From an uncultured Chloroflexia bacterium (GTDB taxonomy: Bacteria > Chloroflexota > Limnocylindria > QHBO01), in assembly GCA_963773695.1 (NCBI GenBank), contig CAVZCE010000001.1, positions 205,702 through 269,701 of the forward strand: DNA of 64,000 nt, read 5' to 3'. The position numbers and the translations under genes are program-made. Each line of letters starts with the position of its first letter. Position 1 is the first letter of the stretch. The notes under the pieces are model-generated. The model searched no databases, was not told the DNA's origin, and worked only from the letters and a program-made list of their open reading frames with translations. Below, piece by piece: positions 1 to 8,315 of this stretch.

Positions 1-505
1 TCTGCACGTTGTCGCCCACGACCAGGTCGCGCACGTGGATGGCGGCGTCGAGATCCACCAGGGGCGAGAGGTCCACGGCGATCTCGTGGGGGATGTCGCC
101 TGGCAGGGCGCGGATCCGCACCTGGCTGATGTTCGTGAGGAGCGTGCCGCCCATCTCGTCGAGGGCGGGGGCCGTGCCGGAGAAGACGAGCGGGATCTCG
201 ACTTCCATGGTCGCCTTGAGGTCCACCAGGAAGAAGTCGACGTGGAGCGCGTTCCCGGTGAGCGGGTTGCGCTGGACGCTCTTGATGATCGCCGACTCGG
301 CGCGCCCGTCGCCGATCTTCAGCTGCACCAGGCTCGAACGGCCGGCCGCGCGGTAGAGGAGCTCGAACTCCTTGGCGTCCATCTCGACGGCCGTGGACCC
401 CTTGCCCTTGCCGTAGACGACCGCGGGGACCTTGCCAGCCTGGCGCAGGCGGCGGTTCTGCTTGCCGAGCGCGACGCGCGCGTCAACGGCGATCTCATTT
501 GCCAT
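1..505 (-). CDS. rplY: 50S ribosomal protein L25 / general stress protein Ctc; start codon at 503-505, C-terminus runs off the window start (3' partial)
   Basis: The reverse-strand translation begins MANEIAVDARVALGKQNRRLRQAGKVPAVVYGKGKGSTAVEMDAKEFELLYRAAGRSSLVQLKIGDGRAES..., which is typical of the L25/Ctc N-domain. The six-frame track missed it because it is truncated by the window edge. Confidence 0.8.
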   Translation of the reverse strand, partial: MANEIAVDARVALGKQNRRLRQAGKVPAVVYGKGKGSTAVEMDAKEFELLYRAAGRSSLVQLKIGDGRAESAIIKSVQRNPLTGNALHVDFFLVDLKATMEVEIPLVFSGTAPALDEMGGTLLTNISQVRIRALPGDIPHEIAVDLSPLVDLDAAIHVRDLVVGDNVQ

Positions 506-657
506 ACGGGTGCTCAGATCTTCCTTCGAGGGGCCCGGGGCACGGCCGGGCAACGTGCGATCACGAGTGTGCGAGCCCGGATGGTACCAGCGGGCGGCAG
601 GTGCGGCAAGGAGGCGCCGGCGTGCAGAAGCCGCGGCGTCCCTATAATCCGGGGGCC

Positions 658-1353
658 ATGGCTGCCAACATCATGGTCGTCGAGGACGAGCCCGCCGTCG
701 CTCGCGGCCTGCAGGTCGCACTCGAGCGTGAAGGCCACAGCGTCTCCATCGCGCCCACCGGAGAGGATGCAGTGGCCCGCTTCGCCGACCTTGCGCCGGA
801 GCTCGTGGTCCTCGACGTGCGCCTCCCGGGGATCGACGGCTTCGAGGTCTGCCGCCGGCTTCGCCACGAATCGCGCGTGCCGATCCTGTTCCTCACCGCC
901 CGGACGGACGAGGTCGACAAGGTGGTCGGCCTGGAGATCGGTGCCGACGACTATCTCGTCAAGCCGTTCAGCATCCGGGAGCTTGCGAGCCGCATCAAGG
1001 CGCTCCTCCGCCGCGCCTACGGGGAGCTCGCCGACACCCAGGCCGGACGCGTCCTGCGTCGCGGAGACCTCGTCATCGACCTGGAGCGGCGCCGGGTGAC
1101 GCGCGACGGCGATCGCATCGCCCTCACGACGACGGAGTTCGACCTGCTCCGCCACCTTGCGTCGAAGCCCGGGCGCGTCTACACCCGCTCGCAGCTCCTG
1201 GAGCTCGTGCGCGACTACGAGGCGCTCGACCAGGACGAGCGCACGATCAATGTCCACGTCAGCCACATTCGCGAGAAGATCGAGCCGAATCCCGCCCAGC
1301 CACGCTACATCGTGACGGTGCGGGGGGTCGGCTATGCCTTCGCCGAGGGCTGA
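658..1353 (+). CDS. OmpR-family two-component response regulator (REC + winged helix), MprA/CseB-like
   Basis: MAANIMVVEDEPAVARGLQVALEREGHSV...LDVRLPGIDGF..ADDYLVKPFSIRELASRIKALLRR... then a winged-helix C-terminus (YIVTVRGVGYAF). The ATG at 658 was chosen inside the 499..1353 ORF. The gene order RR-HK-HtrA matches mprAB-pepD. Confidence 0.85.
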   Translation: MAANIMVVEDEPAVARGLQVALEREGHSVSIAPTGEDAVARFADLAPELVVLDVRLPGIDGFEVCRRLRHESRVPILFLTARTDEVDKVVGLEIGADDYLVKPFSIRELASRIKALLRRAYGELADTQAGRVLRRGDLVIDLERRRVTRDGDRIALTTTEFDLLRHLASKPGRVYTRSQLLELVRDYEALDQDERTINVHVSHIREKIEPNPAQPRYIVTVRGVGYAFAEG

Positions 1354-2908
1354 CACCACGACAGGATTCCTTCGTCGTCTCGACGTCCGCCTGGTGCTCG
1401 TCCTCTCGAGCATCGCCCTGGCGGCGCTGCTCCTGTCCGGGATCGCCCTGAGCTACATCCTCCCCGGCTACTTCAAGACGCAGGTCGAGCAGCAGCTCAA
1501 GGGGGCCGCCAACGCCACGGTCGTCTACATCCAGAACCGCGTGAACCAGGAGATCGAGAACAAGAACGCGGCCGCCGTCTCGACCCGCGAGCTCAGGGAC
1601 AGCCTGATCATCGCCCCGGGCGCGCAGTACGCAGCCACCCAGATCGCCCGGGCGACGGTGACCATCCGCTACAGCGCCGACGGCTCCCTCGCCGCCGAGG
1701 CAAGGCCGACGAACACCGGCCAGCTCGCCGACGAGGGGCTGGCCCCCGACACCGAGGTCGCACCACAGTCAGTCAGGACCACGCTCAACCTCGGCTCGGA
1801 CGAGACCGGCGCGGCCGCGGGGCTGCTGGGCATCGAGGTCATCGTCTCGGATCCCTACACCTCGCGAGCTGCCACCGAGGAGCAGGTCCGGGGGACGCTG
1901 ATCGCGGCGGGCATCATCGCCTTCGTCGGCTCGATCCTGCTCGGCCTGCTGGCCGCGCGCCAGCTCACCGGCTCCCTTAACCGGCTGCGGCGGGTGTCGG
2001 CGCGGCTCGCGCACGGTGAGCTGGGGGAGCGGGTCCCCCCGTCCGGAGTGATGGAGGTCGACCAGCTCGGCTCGCAGTTCAACGTGATGGCCGACCGCCT
2101 CTCGGAGTCGCTCCGGCTCCTCGAGGCGGACCGCGACCGCCTGCGCGAGTTCGTCGCGGACGTCTCCCACGAGCTTCGGACCCCCATCGCCGCGCTGCGG
2201 ACCTTCACCGAGCTCCAGCGTGAGGGATCCATCGACGAATCCACCCGGCAGGAGTTCCTGGCCCGCTCCAGCGAGCAGCTGCGCCGGCTCGAGTGGCTCT
2301 CCACCAACCTGCTCGACCTGTCGCGCATCGAGGCCGGCATCTTCCCCCTCGACGTGCGCGAGGGCGACCTCCGCGAGCCGATCCGGGCCGTCGTCGAGGC
2401 CCACGCCGAGGTCGCGGAGGAGCGCGGGGTCTCGCTCACCTCCGCCGTGCCATCCGATCCGGTCGCCCTGCGCTTCGATCGGGAGCGGGTGGTGCAGCTC
2501 GTCAACAACCTGGTGGGCAACGCGCTGAAGTTCACCGAGCCGGGCGGCGAGGTCTCGGTCGAGGTGGCCGATGCGCCCGGCACGGCCTCCATCGTCGTCC
2601 GGGACAGCGGGCCCGGGATCCCCGAGGCGGAGCTGCCGCACATCTTCGACCGCTTCTATCGGGGCACGAACGTGGGTGAAGCCCGCGCCTCGGGGAGCGG
2701 CCTGGGGCTGGCCATCGTGCGCTCCATCGTGGACATGCACGGTGGCGACATCGGGGTGGCGAGCGAGGTCGGGAGCGGCACCGCTTTCACCGTCACCCTG
2801 CCGCGGATTCCCGAGCCCTTCGCCGCCTCTGCGCCGGAGACCGATCCGCCGTCCCACCACGGCCTGCGGCGCCCCCGCCGGGGCCGCGAGGGTGGGGCCG
2901 ACGCCTGA
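1334..2908 (+). CDS. Sensor histidine kinase (two TM segments, HAMP, HisKA H-box, HATPase_c)
   Basis: The H-box is EFVADVSHELRTPIAAL. The N, G1 and G2 boxes are NLVGNALKFT, DSGPGI and GSGLGLAIV. Its start overlaps the response-regulator stop, indicating translational coupling. Confidence 0.85.
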   Translation: MPSPRADTTTGFLRRLDVRLVLVLSSIALAALLLSGIALSYILPGYFKTQVEQQLKGAANATVVYIQNRVNQEIENKNAAAVSTRELRDSLIIAPGAQYAATQIARATVTIRYSADGSLAAEARPTNTGQLADEGLAPDTEVAPQSVRTTLNLGSDETGAAAGLLGIEVIVSDPYTSRAATEEQVRGTLIAAGIIAFVGSILLGLLAARQLTGSLNRLRRVSARLAHGELGERVPPSGVMEVDQLGSQFNVMADRLSESLRLLEADRDRLREFVADVSHELRTPIAALRTFTELQREGSIDESTRQEFLARSSEQLRRLEWLSTNLLDLSRIEAGIFPLDVREGDLREPIRAVVEAHAEVAEERGVSLTSAVPSDPVALRFDRERVVQLVNNLVGNALKFTEPGGEVSVEVADAPGTASIVVRDSGPGIPEAELPHIFDRFYRGTNVGEARASGSGLGLAIVRSIVDMHGGDIGVASEVGSGTAFTVTLPRIPEPFAASAPETDPPSHHGLRRPRRGREGGADA

Positions 2909-2990
2909 TCGGGCAACATGAACGAATCTTCACCGTCCCCACGTCACGCCCGCAACGGGCGGGCATGACCATCAGGAGAGCCCCATCCCC

Positions 2991-4244
2991 ATGCCCTGGC
3001 AGCGCGAGACCGATCCCGTGGAGTACCAGAAGTACGGACCTCCTTCCACCGGTTCCCAACCGGAGTGGGAGCGGAGCGCGCCCGCATGGTCGACGCGTCC
3101 GCCAAGCTCCCCGGAGCCGCAGCCCGCGGCGCGGAGCGCGCTCCTGCCGGTCGTCATCGTGGCGCTCGTGGTCGGCATCGTCTCCGGCTCGCTGAGCTCG
3201 GTGGCGATCATGAACCTGGTAGGCCCCGGGCCTGCCTCCCAGCCGCTGGCGCAGTCCTCGAGCAGCGTCGCGACCAGCGTGAACCTGGAGGAGTCCTCCG
3301 CGGTCATATCCGCGGTGCAGCGCGTTGCTCCCGCCGTCGTCACCATCACCGCGGAGAGCGGGACGAACGCTTCCGGCAACGGCATCGGCTCGGGCTTCAT
3401 CTTCGACGCCAACGGCTGGATCCTCACGAACAAGCACGTCGTCTCCGGAGCGGACCGCCTGTCGGTCCGCCTCAACGACACGCGCTCGTTCCCGGCGACC
3501 GTCTACGGCATCGACACCCTCACCGACCTGGCGATCGTCCGCATCCAGGCCTCGGGGCTGCCCATCGCCCATCTCGGCAGCTCGGCGAACCTGCAGTCCG
3601 GCCAGGTGGCGATCGCCATCGGCAACCCGCTCGGCACGTTCGAGAACACCGTCACCACCGGCGTCGTCTCCGGCCTCGGCCGGCAGATCACCGCGGGCGA
3701 CTCGGGCGGCCAGACCGCAGAGGACCTGAACAACCTGATCCAGACCGATGCCGCCATCAACCCGGGCAACTCGGGCGGACCGCTCGTCGACTCGGGCGGC
3801 AACGTGATCGGCATCAACACCGCGGTGAACCAGAACGCGCAGGGCCTGGGGTTTGCGATCCCGATCGACGTTGCCAAGCCGATCGTGCGGCAGGCGCTGG
3901 CCGGCCATCCGCTCGCGCGTCCCTGGATCGGCGTCTACTACCAGCTGGTGACGAAGGGGCTGGCCCAGGATCGCCACCTCTCCGTGGACTACGGCGCCCT
4001 CGTCGGGTCATCCGATCCGACCGCGCCGGCGGTCTTCAGGGGCAGCCCGGCGGCGACCGCGGGGATCCGCGACGGTGACGTGATCCTGTCGATCGACGGG
4101 GTTCGGGTGGACGCGGCCCACGACCTGTCGAGTCTCATCGTGCCGCACGACCCCGGCGACCGGATCTCGCTGAAGGTCCTGCGCGGCGGACGGACGACGA
4201 CGGTCTCGCTCACGCTGGGGACGCTGCCCGCACAGAACGGCTGA
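2991..4244 (+). CDS. HtrA/DegP-family trypsin-like serine protease with C-terminal PDZ domain (PepD-like)
   Basis: GSGFIFDANGWILTNKHV (His), DLAIVRI (Asp) and GNSGGPLVD (Ser) form the catalytic triad context. A PDZ-like tail follows (GDVILSIDGVRV). There is an N-terminal TM segment, and an AGGAGAG RBS lies 11 nt upstream. Confidence 0.85.
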   Translation: MPWQRETDPVEYQKYGPPSTGSQPEWERSAPAWSTRPPSSPEPQPAARSALLPVVIVALVVGIVSGSLSSVAIMNLVGPGPASQPLAQSSSSVATSVNLEESSAVISAVQRVAPAVVTITAESGTNASGNGIGSGFIFDANGWILTNKHVVSGADRLSVRLNDTRSFPATVYGIDTLTDLAIVRIQASGLPIAHLGSSANLQSGQVAIAIGNPLGTFENTVTTGVVSGLGRQITAGDSGGQTAEDLNNLIQTDAAINPGNSGGPLVDSGGNVIGINTAVNQNAQGLGFAIPIDVAKPIVRQALAGHPLARPWIGVYYQLVTKGLAQDRHLSVDYGALVGSSDPTAPAVFRGSPAATAGIRDGDVILSIDGVRVDAAHDLSSLIVPHDPGDRISLKVLRGGRTTTVSLTLGTLPAQNG

Positions 4245-4252
4245 CCGACGGC

Positions 4253-4624
4253 TCAGCCGTCGCGGGGGCGACGGACGGTCACCTCCACCGCCTGGAACGG
4301 CCCGGGGAGCGGGGCGCGCGGCTTTCGCACCCGCACCTCCACCCGGCGCGCACCGCTGGACTCCAGCACGGCATCCGCGATCTTCCCGGCGAGGGCCTCG
4401 ATGAGGCGGAAGCTCTCCCCCTCCACGATGCGCGCCACGAGGCTGAAGACCGCCCCGTAGTCGATGGTGTCCTCCAGGGCGTCGCTCGCCGTCGGCCGGT
4501 CCAGGTCCGTCCACAGCTCAACGTCCACCTCGAAGGGCTGCGGCTCGAGGCGCTCCTCCAGCGTGACGCCGTGGCGTGCGAGGAAGAGCATGCCGCGCAG
4601 GACGATCCTGTCGTCGTCGGTCAC
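4253..4624 (-). CDS. folB: Dihydroneopterin aldolase
   Basis: VTDDDRIVLRGMLFLARHGVTLEERLEPQPFEVDVELWTDL..DTIDYGAVF.. matches the FolB family. The GTG start overlaps the folP stop as GTGA. Confidence 0.8.
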   Translation of the reverse strand: MTDDDRIVLRGMLFLARHGVTLEERLEPQPFEVDVELWTDLDRPTASDALEDTIDYGAVFSLVARIVEGESFRLIEALAGKIADAVLESSGARRVEVRVRKPRAPLPGPFQAVEVTVRRPRDG

Positions 4625-5508
4625 GACTCCGCGCTCCCGCCGGCTGCGGCAGCCGGCGTTCCGGTTCCGAAGCGGACGATGGCGTCCGCCACCCGGATCG
4701 TGCGGGAGATGGGGGCCACGTCGTGGACGCGCACGATGTCGGCGCCGCCGGCGATGGCGAGCGCGACGCTGGCCGCCGTCCCTTCCAGCCGATCGTCGGG
4801 CGGCGCCCCGTCCAGCAGCTCGCCGATGAACCGCTTGCGCGAGGTCCCGACCAGCACGGGCAGCCGGAGGACGGCCTTGATCCGGGCCAGCCCGTGCAGC
4901 AGCGCCAGGTTCTGGACGCGGGTCTTGGCGAAGCCGATGCCGGGGTCGACGACGATGCGTTCGCGCGGGACGCCGAGCCGGATCGCCGCGTCGACCGCCT
5001 CCGCCAGCCACGCGGTCACCGTCTCGACGACGCCGTCGGGGTAGTTGCCGGCCCCGCTGTTGTGCATGATCACGAGGTGGGCCCCGGCACGGGCGGCCGC
5101 GACGGCGGTTCCCGGGTCCCGCTGCGCGCCCCACACGTCGTTCACGATGACCGCCCCCGCGTCGAGTGCCGCGGCCGCCACCTCCCCGCGGCTGGTGTCG
5201 ATGCTCACCAGCGCCCGGCCCGCGAAGGCGCTCGCGAGGGCGGCCACGACGGGCACCGCGCGGGCCAGCTCGACCTCCGGATCGACCGGCTCCCGCTCAC
5301 CGTACGCACTCGGCGGCCGGGTCGACTCCGCGCCGACGTCGAGGATCTCCGCGCCCGACTCGACGAAGGCCCGCGCCTGCTCCAGCGCCGCGGCCACCGT
5401 TTCCGCCTCACTGCGCCCGGGGAGCGCCAGCCCGTCACCCGAAAAGGAGTCGGGCGTGACGTTCACGATGCCCATCAGCCAGGTCTTCTCGCCGAAGGTC
5501 AGCTCCAC
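4621..5508 (-). CDS. folP: Dihydropteroate synthase
   Basis: MELTFGEKTWLMGIVNVTPDSFSGDG...ILDVGAESTRP...VSIDTS...HDV match the pterin-binding DHPS fold. Its start overlaps the folC stop by 10 nt. Confidence 0.9.
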   Translation of the reverse strand: MELTFGEKTWLMGIVNVTPDSFSGDGLALPGRSEAETVAAALEQARAFVESGAEILDVGAESTRPPSAYGEREPVDPEVELARAVPVVAALASAFAGRALVSIDTSRGEVAAAALDAGAVIVNDVWGAQRDPGTAVAAARAGAHLVIMHNSGAGNYPDGVVETVTAWLAEAVDAAIRLGVPRERIVVDPGIGFAKTRVQNLALLHGLARIKAVLRLPVLVGTSRKRFIGELLDGAPPDDRLEGTAASVALAIAGGADIVRVHDVAPISRTIRVADAIVRFGTGTPAAAAGGSAES

Positions 5509-6965
5509 GTCGCGGCCTCCTCGCCGTTCGCATCATCATCTTCTCGCTCGCCGGTCAGGAGCGCGCGGATTGCGCCGACCAGGTACAGGGAGCCGGCCAC
5601 GACCACCGGCTCGTCGCCGCGCACCGCGGCGGAGGCGCGCTCGAGTGCGGCGCGAGGGCTGGCGGCGATCTCGCCGCCTTCGCCGCCGATCGAGCGCCAG
5701 GTGCGGAGGAGCTCCCGGGCCGGACGGGCATGGGGATCGTCCACCGCGGTGAAGACCGGGTGCATGTCGAGAGCCGCGAGCGGACGGAGGACGCGGGCTG
5801 GCGGCTTGTCGCGCATCGCGCCGAAGACGAGCGTGGACCCGCGGAGCCCCAGCGCGTCGAGCGCCCCCGCCAGCGCGGCGGCGCCTGCGGGGTTGTGGGC
5901 CCCATCCAGGAGGACGCGCGCCGCCCAGCCGGGACGCCCGTCCAGCAGCTCCATCCGTCCGGGCCAGCGCACCGTCTCCAGGCCGCGGCGCAGGACCGCC
6001 TCGTCGATGTGGATGGCCGCGCCGCGCCGCGCCGCGTCCTCCTCGATGGCGTCCAGCGTGGCGGCGGCCACCGCCGCGTTCGCCGCCTGGTGCTCGCCGA
6101 TCAGGCCGATGACGACGCCCTCGAAGCGCCCCCCGGGCGTCTCGAGGTCGACCACGATCCCATCCCATCCCATGGCCCGCAGGGTGGCCCGGTACGCCTG
6201 GCGATCCCCGGCTCGCCGCAGCGGAGCGCCGACCGTCGAGCATCGCTCGCGGATGGGCGTCAGGCCGCGACCCCATGCCCCGCTGACCGCCAGGTCGCCG
6301 GGTTTGATGATCGCCGCCTTCTCCGCGCCGATCCGTGCCAGGGTCGGACCCAGGTAGCGCTCGTGGTCATGGGCCACGTTGGTGATGACCGCCACGCCGG
6401 GGTCGAGGAGGTTCGTGGCGTCCAGGCGTCCGCCCAGACCGACCTCGACCACGACGAGATCGACCGCGGAGCGTGCCAGCACGCCGAAGGCTGCGGCGGT
6501 GAGCGTCTCGAACTCGGTGGGCGGCCCAAGCGCCGCCGCCACGGCATCGGCCGCCGGGAGGACCGCCGAGACCGCGGCCGCGAACCGTTCGCGGCTGATC
6601 GGTCTGCCGTCGATCGCGATCCGTTCGCGATAGCTGACCAGGTGGGGTTTGGGCATCGTTCCCACCCGCAGGCCGGCGGCCTGCAGGACGGAGCGGACCA
6701 TGGCGACCACGCTCCCCTTGCCATTCGTCCCGCCCACCAGGGCGCCGTGCAGCCGCGCCTCGGGATGGCCGAGCTCGTCGAGGAGGCGACCGATGCGCTC
6801 CAGCCCCAGGCTCATGCCGAGGCGGCCTCGCGCCTGCAGCTCCGAGACGGCCGCGGCGTAGTCGAGCGCCGCGGTACCACGCGTGGTCAGCGGCGGCTCA
6901 CCCGTTCTCGTCCTCGAAGAAGACGCAGTCGGGGAACTGGCCGGTGAGGCACAGGTCGCTGACAT
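5499..6965 (-). CDS. folC: Folylpolyglutamate synthase / dihydrofolate synthase
   Basis: The Mur-ligase-like P-loop is VGGTNGKGS, with VAVITNVAHDHERYLG and LLDGAHNPAG also present. The start is uncertain: the ATG at 6965 overlaps the upstream Cys-rich ORF by 68 nt. Confidence 0.8.
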   Translation of the reverse strand: MSATCASPASSPTASSSRTRTGEPPLTTRGTAALDYAAAVSELQARGRLGMSLGLERIGRLLDELGHPEARLHGALVGGTNGKGSVVAMVRSVLQAAGLRVGTMPKPHLVSYRERIAIDGRPISRERFAAAVSAVLPAADAVAAALGPPTEFETLTAAAFGVLARSAVDLVVVEVGLGGRLDATNLLDPGVAVITNVAHDHERYLGPTLARIGAEKAAIIKPGDLAVSGAWGRGLTPIRERCSTVGAPLRRAGDRQAYRATLRAMGWDGIVVDLETPGGRFEGVVIGLIGEHQAANAAVAAATLDAIEEDAARRGAAIHIDEAVLRRGLETVRWPGRMELLDGRPGWAARVLLDGAHNPAGAAALAGALDALGLRGSTLVFGAMRDKPPARVLRPLAALDMHPVFTAVDDPHARPARELLRTWRSIGGEGGEIAASPRAALERASAAVRGDEPVVVAGSLYLVGAIRALLTGEREDDDANGEEAATWS

Positions 6966-7455
6966 AGCCGCCGTCGAGATGGACCCCGGCGCGAAGCTCG
7001 CAGCGGCTCACCACGCCCTCCTGCTTCATGAGGGTGCGGAGCAGCTGGGGTGCCTGGACGGGCACCCGGCCCCGGCTGCCGTGGGTCAGGTAGAAGTGCG
7101 GGCAGGAATGGCGCCGCGGACGGTTGTACCCGAGCGGCACCCCCCGTCGCCCGACGTGGACGGTGAGCGGTTCGGGGGAATCGGCGTACCGCTTCTCGGC
7201 GATGGCGCAGCGGCCGGGCTCGCAGTCCTTCCCATCGTGGCAGCACGCCCGCGCCGGCCCGATGCCCTCCACCGCCCACAGCTCCCAGCAGGGGCGGCGG
7301 AGGATGAAGGCGGGGCAGCGGTAGCGAATGGAGAGGTCGCAGTTCTCGACCTCCCAGCACATCGTCCGACGGTCACCGCCGCGTCGATCGAGCGAGACCG
7401 CGTTTCCGGTCTGTCGGCGATCCGCTCCACTCCGCCGGTCGGTCTTGATGATCAC
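6898..7455 (-). CDS. Uncharacterised cysteine-rich protein (12 Cys in 186 aa; probable metal/Fe-S binding), function unknown
   Basis: The GTG start at 7455 is preceded by a GGAGAGGAGG RBS. The stretch MCWEVENCDLSIRYRCPAFILRRPCWELWAVEGIGPARACCHDGKDCEPGRC...SCPHF...DLCLTGQFPDC carries the cysteines. GC3 bias is strong from the internal ATG (MCWEV) onward, which is an alternative start. No confident family assignment could be made. Confidence 0.5.
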   Translation of the reverse strand: MIIKTDRRSGADRRQTGNAVSLDRRGGDRRTMCWEVENCDLSIRYRCPAFILRRPCWELWAVEGIGPARACCHDGKDCEPGRCAIAEKRYADSPEPLTVHVGRRGVPLGYNRPRRHSCPHFYLTHGSRGRVPVQAPQLLRTLMKQEGVVSRCELRAGVHLDGGYVSDLCLTGQFPDCVFFEDENG

Positions 7456-7566
7456 GGGCAGCCTCTCCTCCGTGCGCCGAGTGTAGCGGCTCGGGCCGCA
7501 CTCTCGCGGCGGCGGCGGTGCCTGCGCGCGCCGGGAAAGGACCGCGCCGCGACGCCTCCCCATGAC

Positions 7567-7588
7567 GAGAGCCGGCCTGTCGGCCGGC
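7567..7588 (-). terminator. Perfect GC hairpin (GAGCCGGCC-TGTC-GGCCGGCTC) about 45 bp downstream of the trxA stop; candidate intrinsic terminator without a strong U-tract
   Basis: A 9-bp perfect inverted repeat with a 4-nt loop is visible directly in the sequence. Confidence 0.4.
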
Positions 7589-7632
7589 TCGTGCGCCAGG
7601 TGATGGCCGGCATCGGTGCCGACGGGGCGGTT

Positions 7633-7956
7633 CTAGAGGTACTGCGCCAGGCGCTCCTCCATGGTCTCCTGCGGCATGTAGCCGACCAGGCGGGTCACCT
7701 CGCGTCCGTCCTTGAACACGATCAGGGTGGGGATGCTGAAGATGCTGTACCGCATGGCCAGCTGCTGGTTCTCGTCCGTGTTCACCTTCGCCGTCTGCAA
7801 CCTGTCCGGGTGTGCCTCACCGATCGCCTCCACCACGGGGGAGACGAGCCGGCAGGGCCCGCACCATGGCGCCCAGAAGTCCACGAGGACCGGCTTCTCG
7901 GCGTTCAGAACCTCCGCCTCGAAGGTCGTTACATCGACCGTGATCGGGGCTGTCAT
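7633..7956 (-). CDS. trxA: Thioredoxin
   Basis: MTAPITVDVTTFEAEVLNAEKPVLVDFWAPWCGPCRLVSP... contains the canonical WCGPC active site. The protein is 107 aa, and a GGGAGG RBS lies 10 nt upstream of the ATG. Confidence 0.9.
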   Translation of the reverse strand: MTAPITVDVTTFEAEVLNAEKPVLVDFWAPWCGPCRLVSPVVEAIGEAHPDRLQTAKVNTDENQQLAMRYSIFSIPTLIVFKDGREVTRLVGYMPQETMEERLAQYL

Positions 7957-8237
7957 CGTCTTGGTCGTGTGCCTCCCATGATCTGCCACTGGACTCGCTG
8001 GCAGTGCGCTGATGCTAGCACTCGGCTGCCGCTGCCGAGCCCGCGGGATGGCCGGGCAGCCTGCCGACCACTGCCCGCTGCTTCTGCCTGCTGAGTCTTC
8101 CTCCCGGGCAGACCCCACCGGTCTGACTCGCCCGGGGACTCACCGGGCGCGGATCGGGTGGGACTCGTGCGATATGAGTCCTCGACCGGCTCGTCCCGCG
8201 CGCCGCGGCCGGCATCCGCGCCCGGTGAGTCCCCGGC

Positions 8238-8306
8238 GGACTCAGGCAGCGGGTGGCAGCGGACTCAGGCAGCGGGTGGCAGCGGACTCAGGCAGCGGGT
8301 GGCACC
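8238..8306. repeat. Three tandem copies of a 23-bp unit (GGACTCAGGCAGCGGGTGGCAGC), embedded in a GGACTC/GAGTCC motif-rich intergenic region (8119-8315)
   Basis: The copies at 8238-8260 and 8261-8283 are perfect, and the copy at 8284-8306 has 2 mismatches. Flanking inverted repeats are GGGGACTCACCGGG (8137-8150) vs CCCGGTGAGTCCCC (8222-8235), and GGACTC-N9-GAGTCC near 8173-8193. Confidence 0.7.
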
Positions 8307-8315
8307 GCTGCGGTG

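Noticed and set aside
8238-8306. Possible CRISPR array
   Set aside because: There are only three short (23 bp) contiguous direct repeats with no spacers, no leader and no cas genes. It is a simple tandem repeat.
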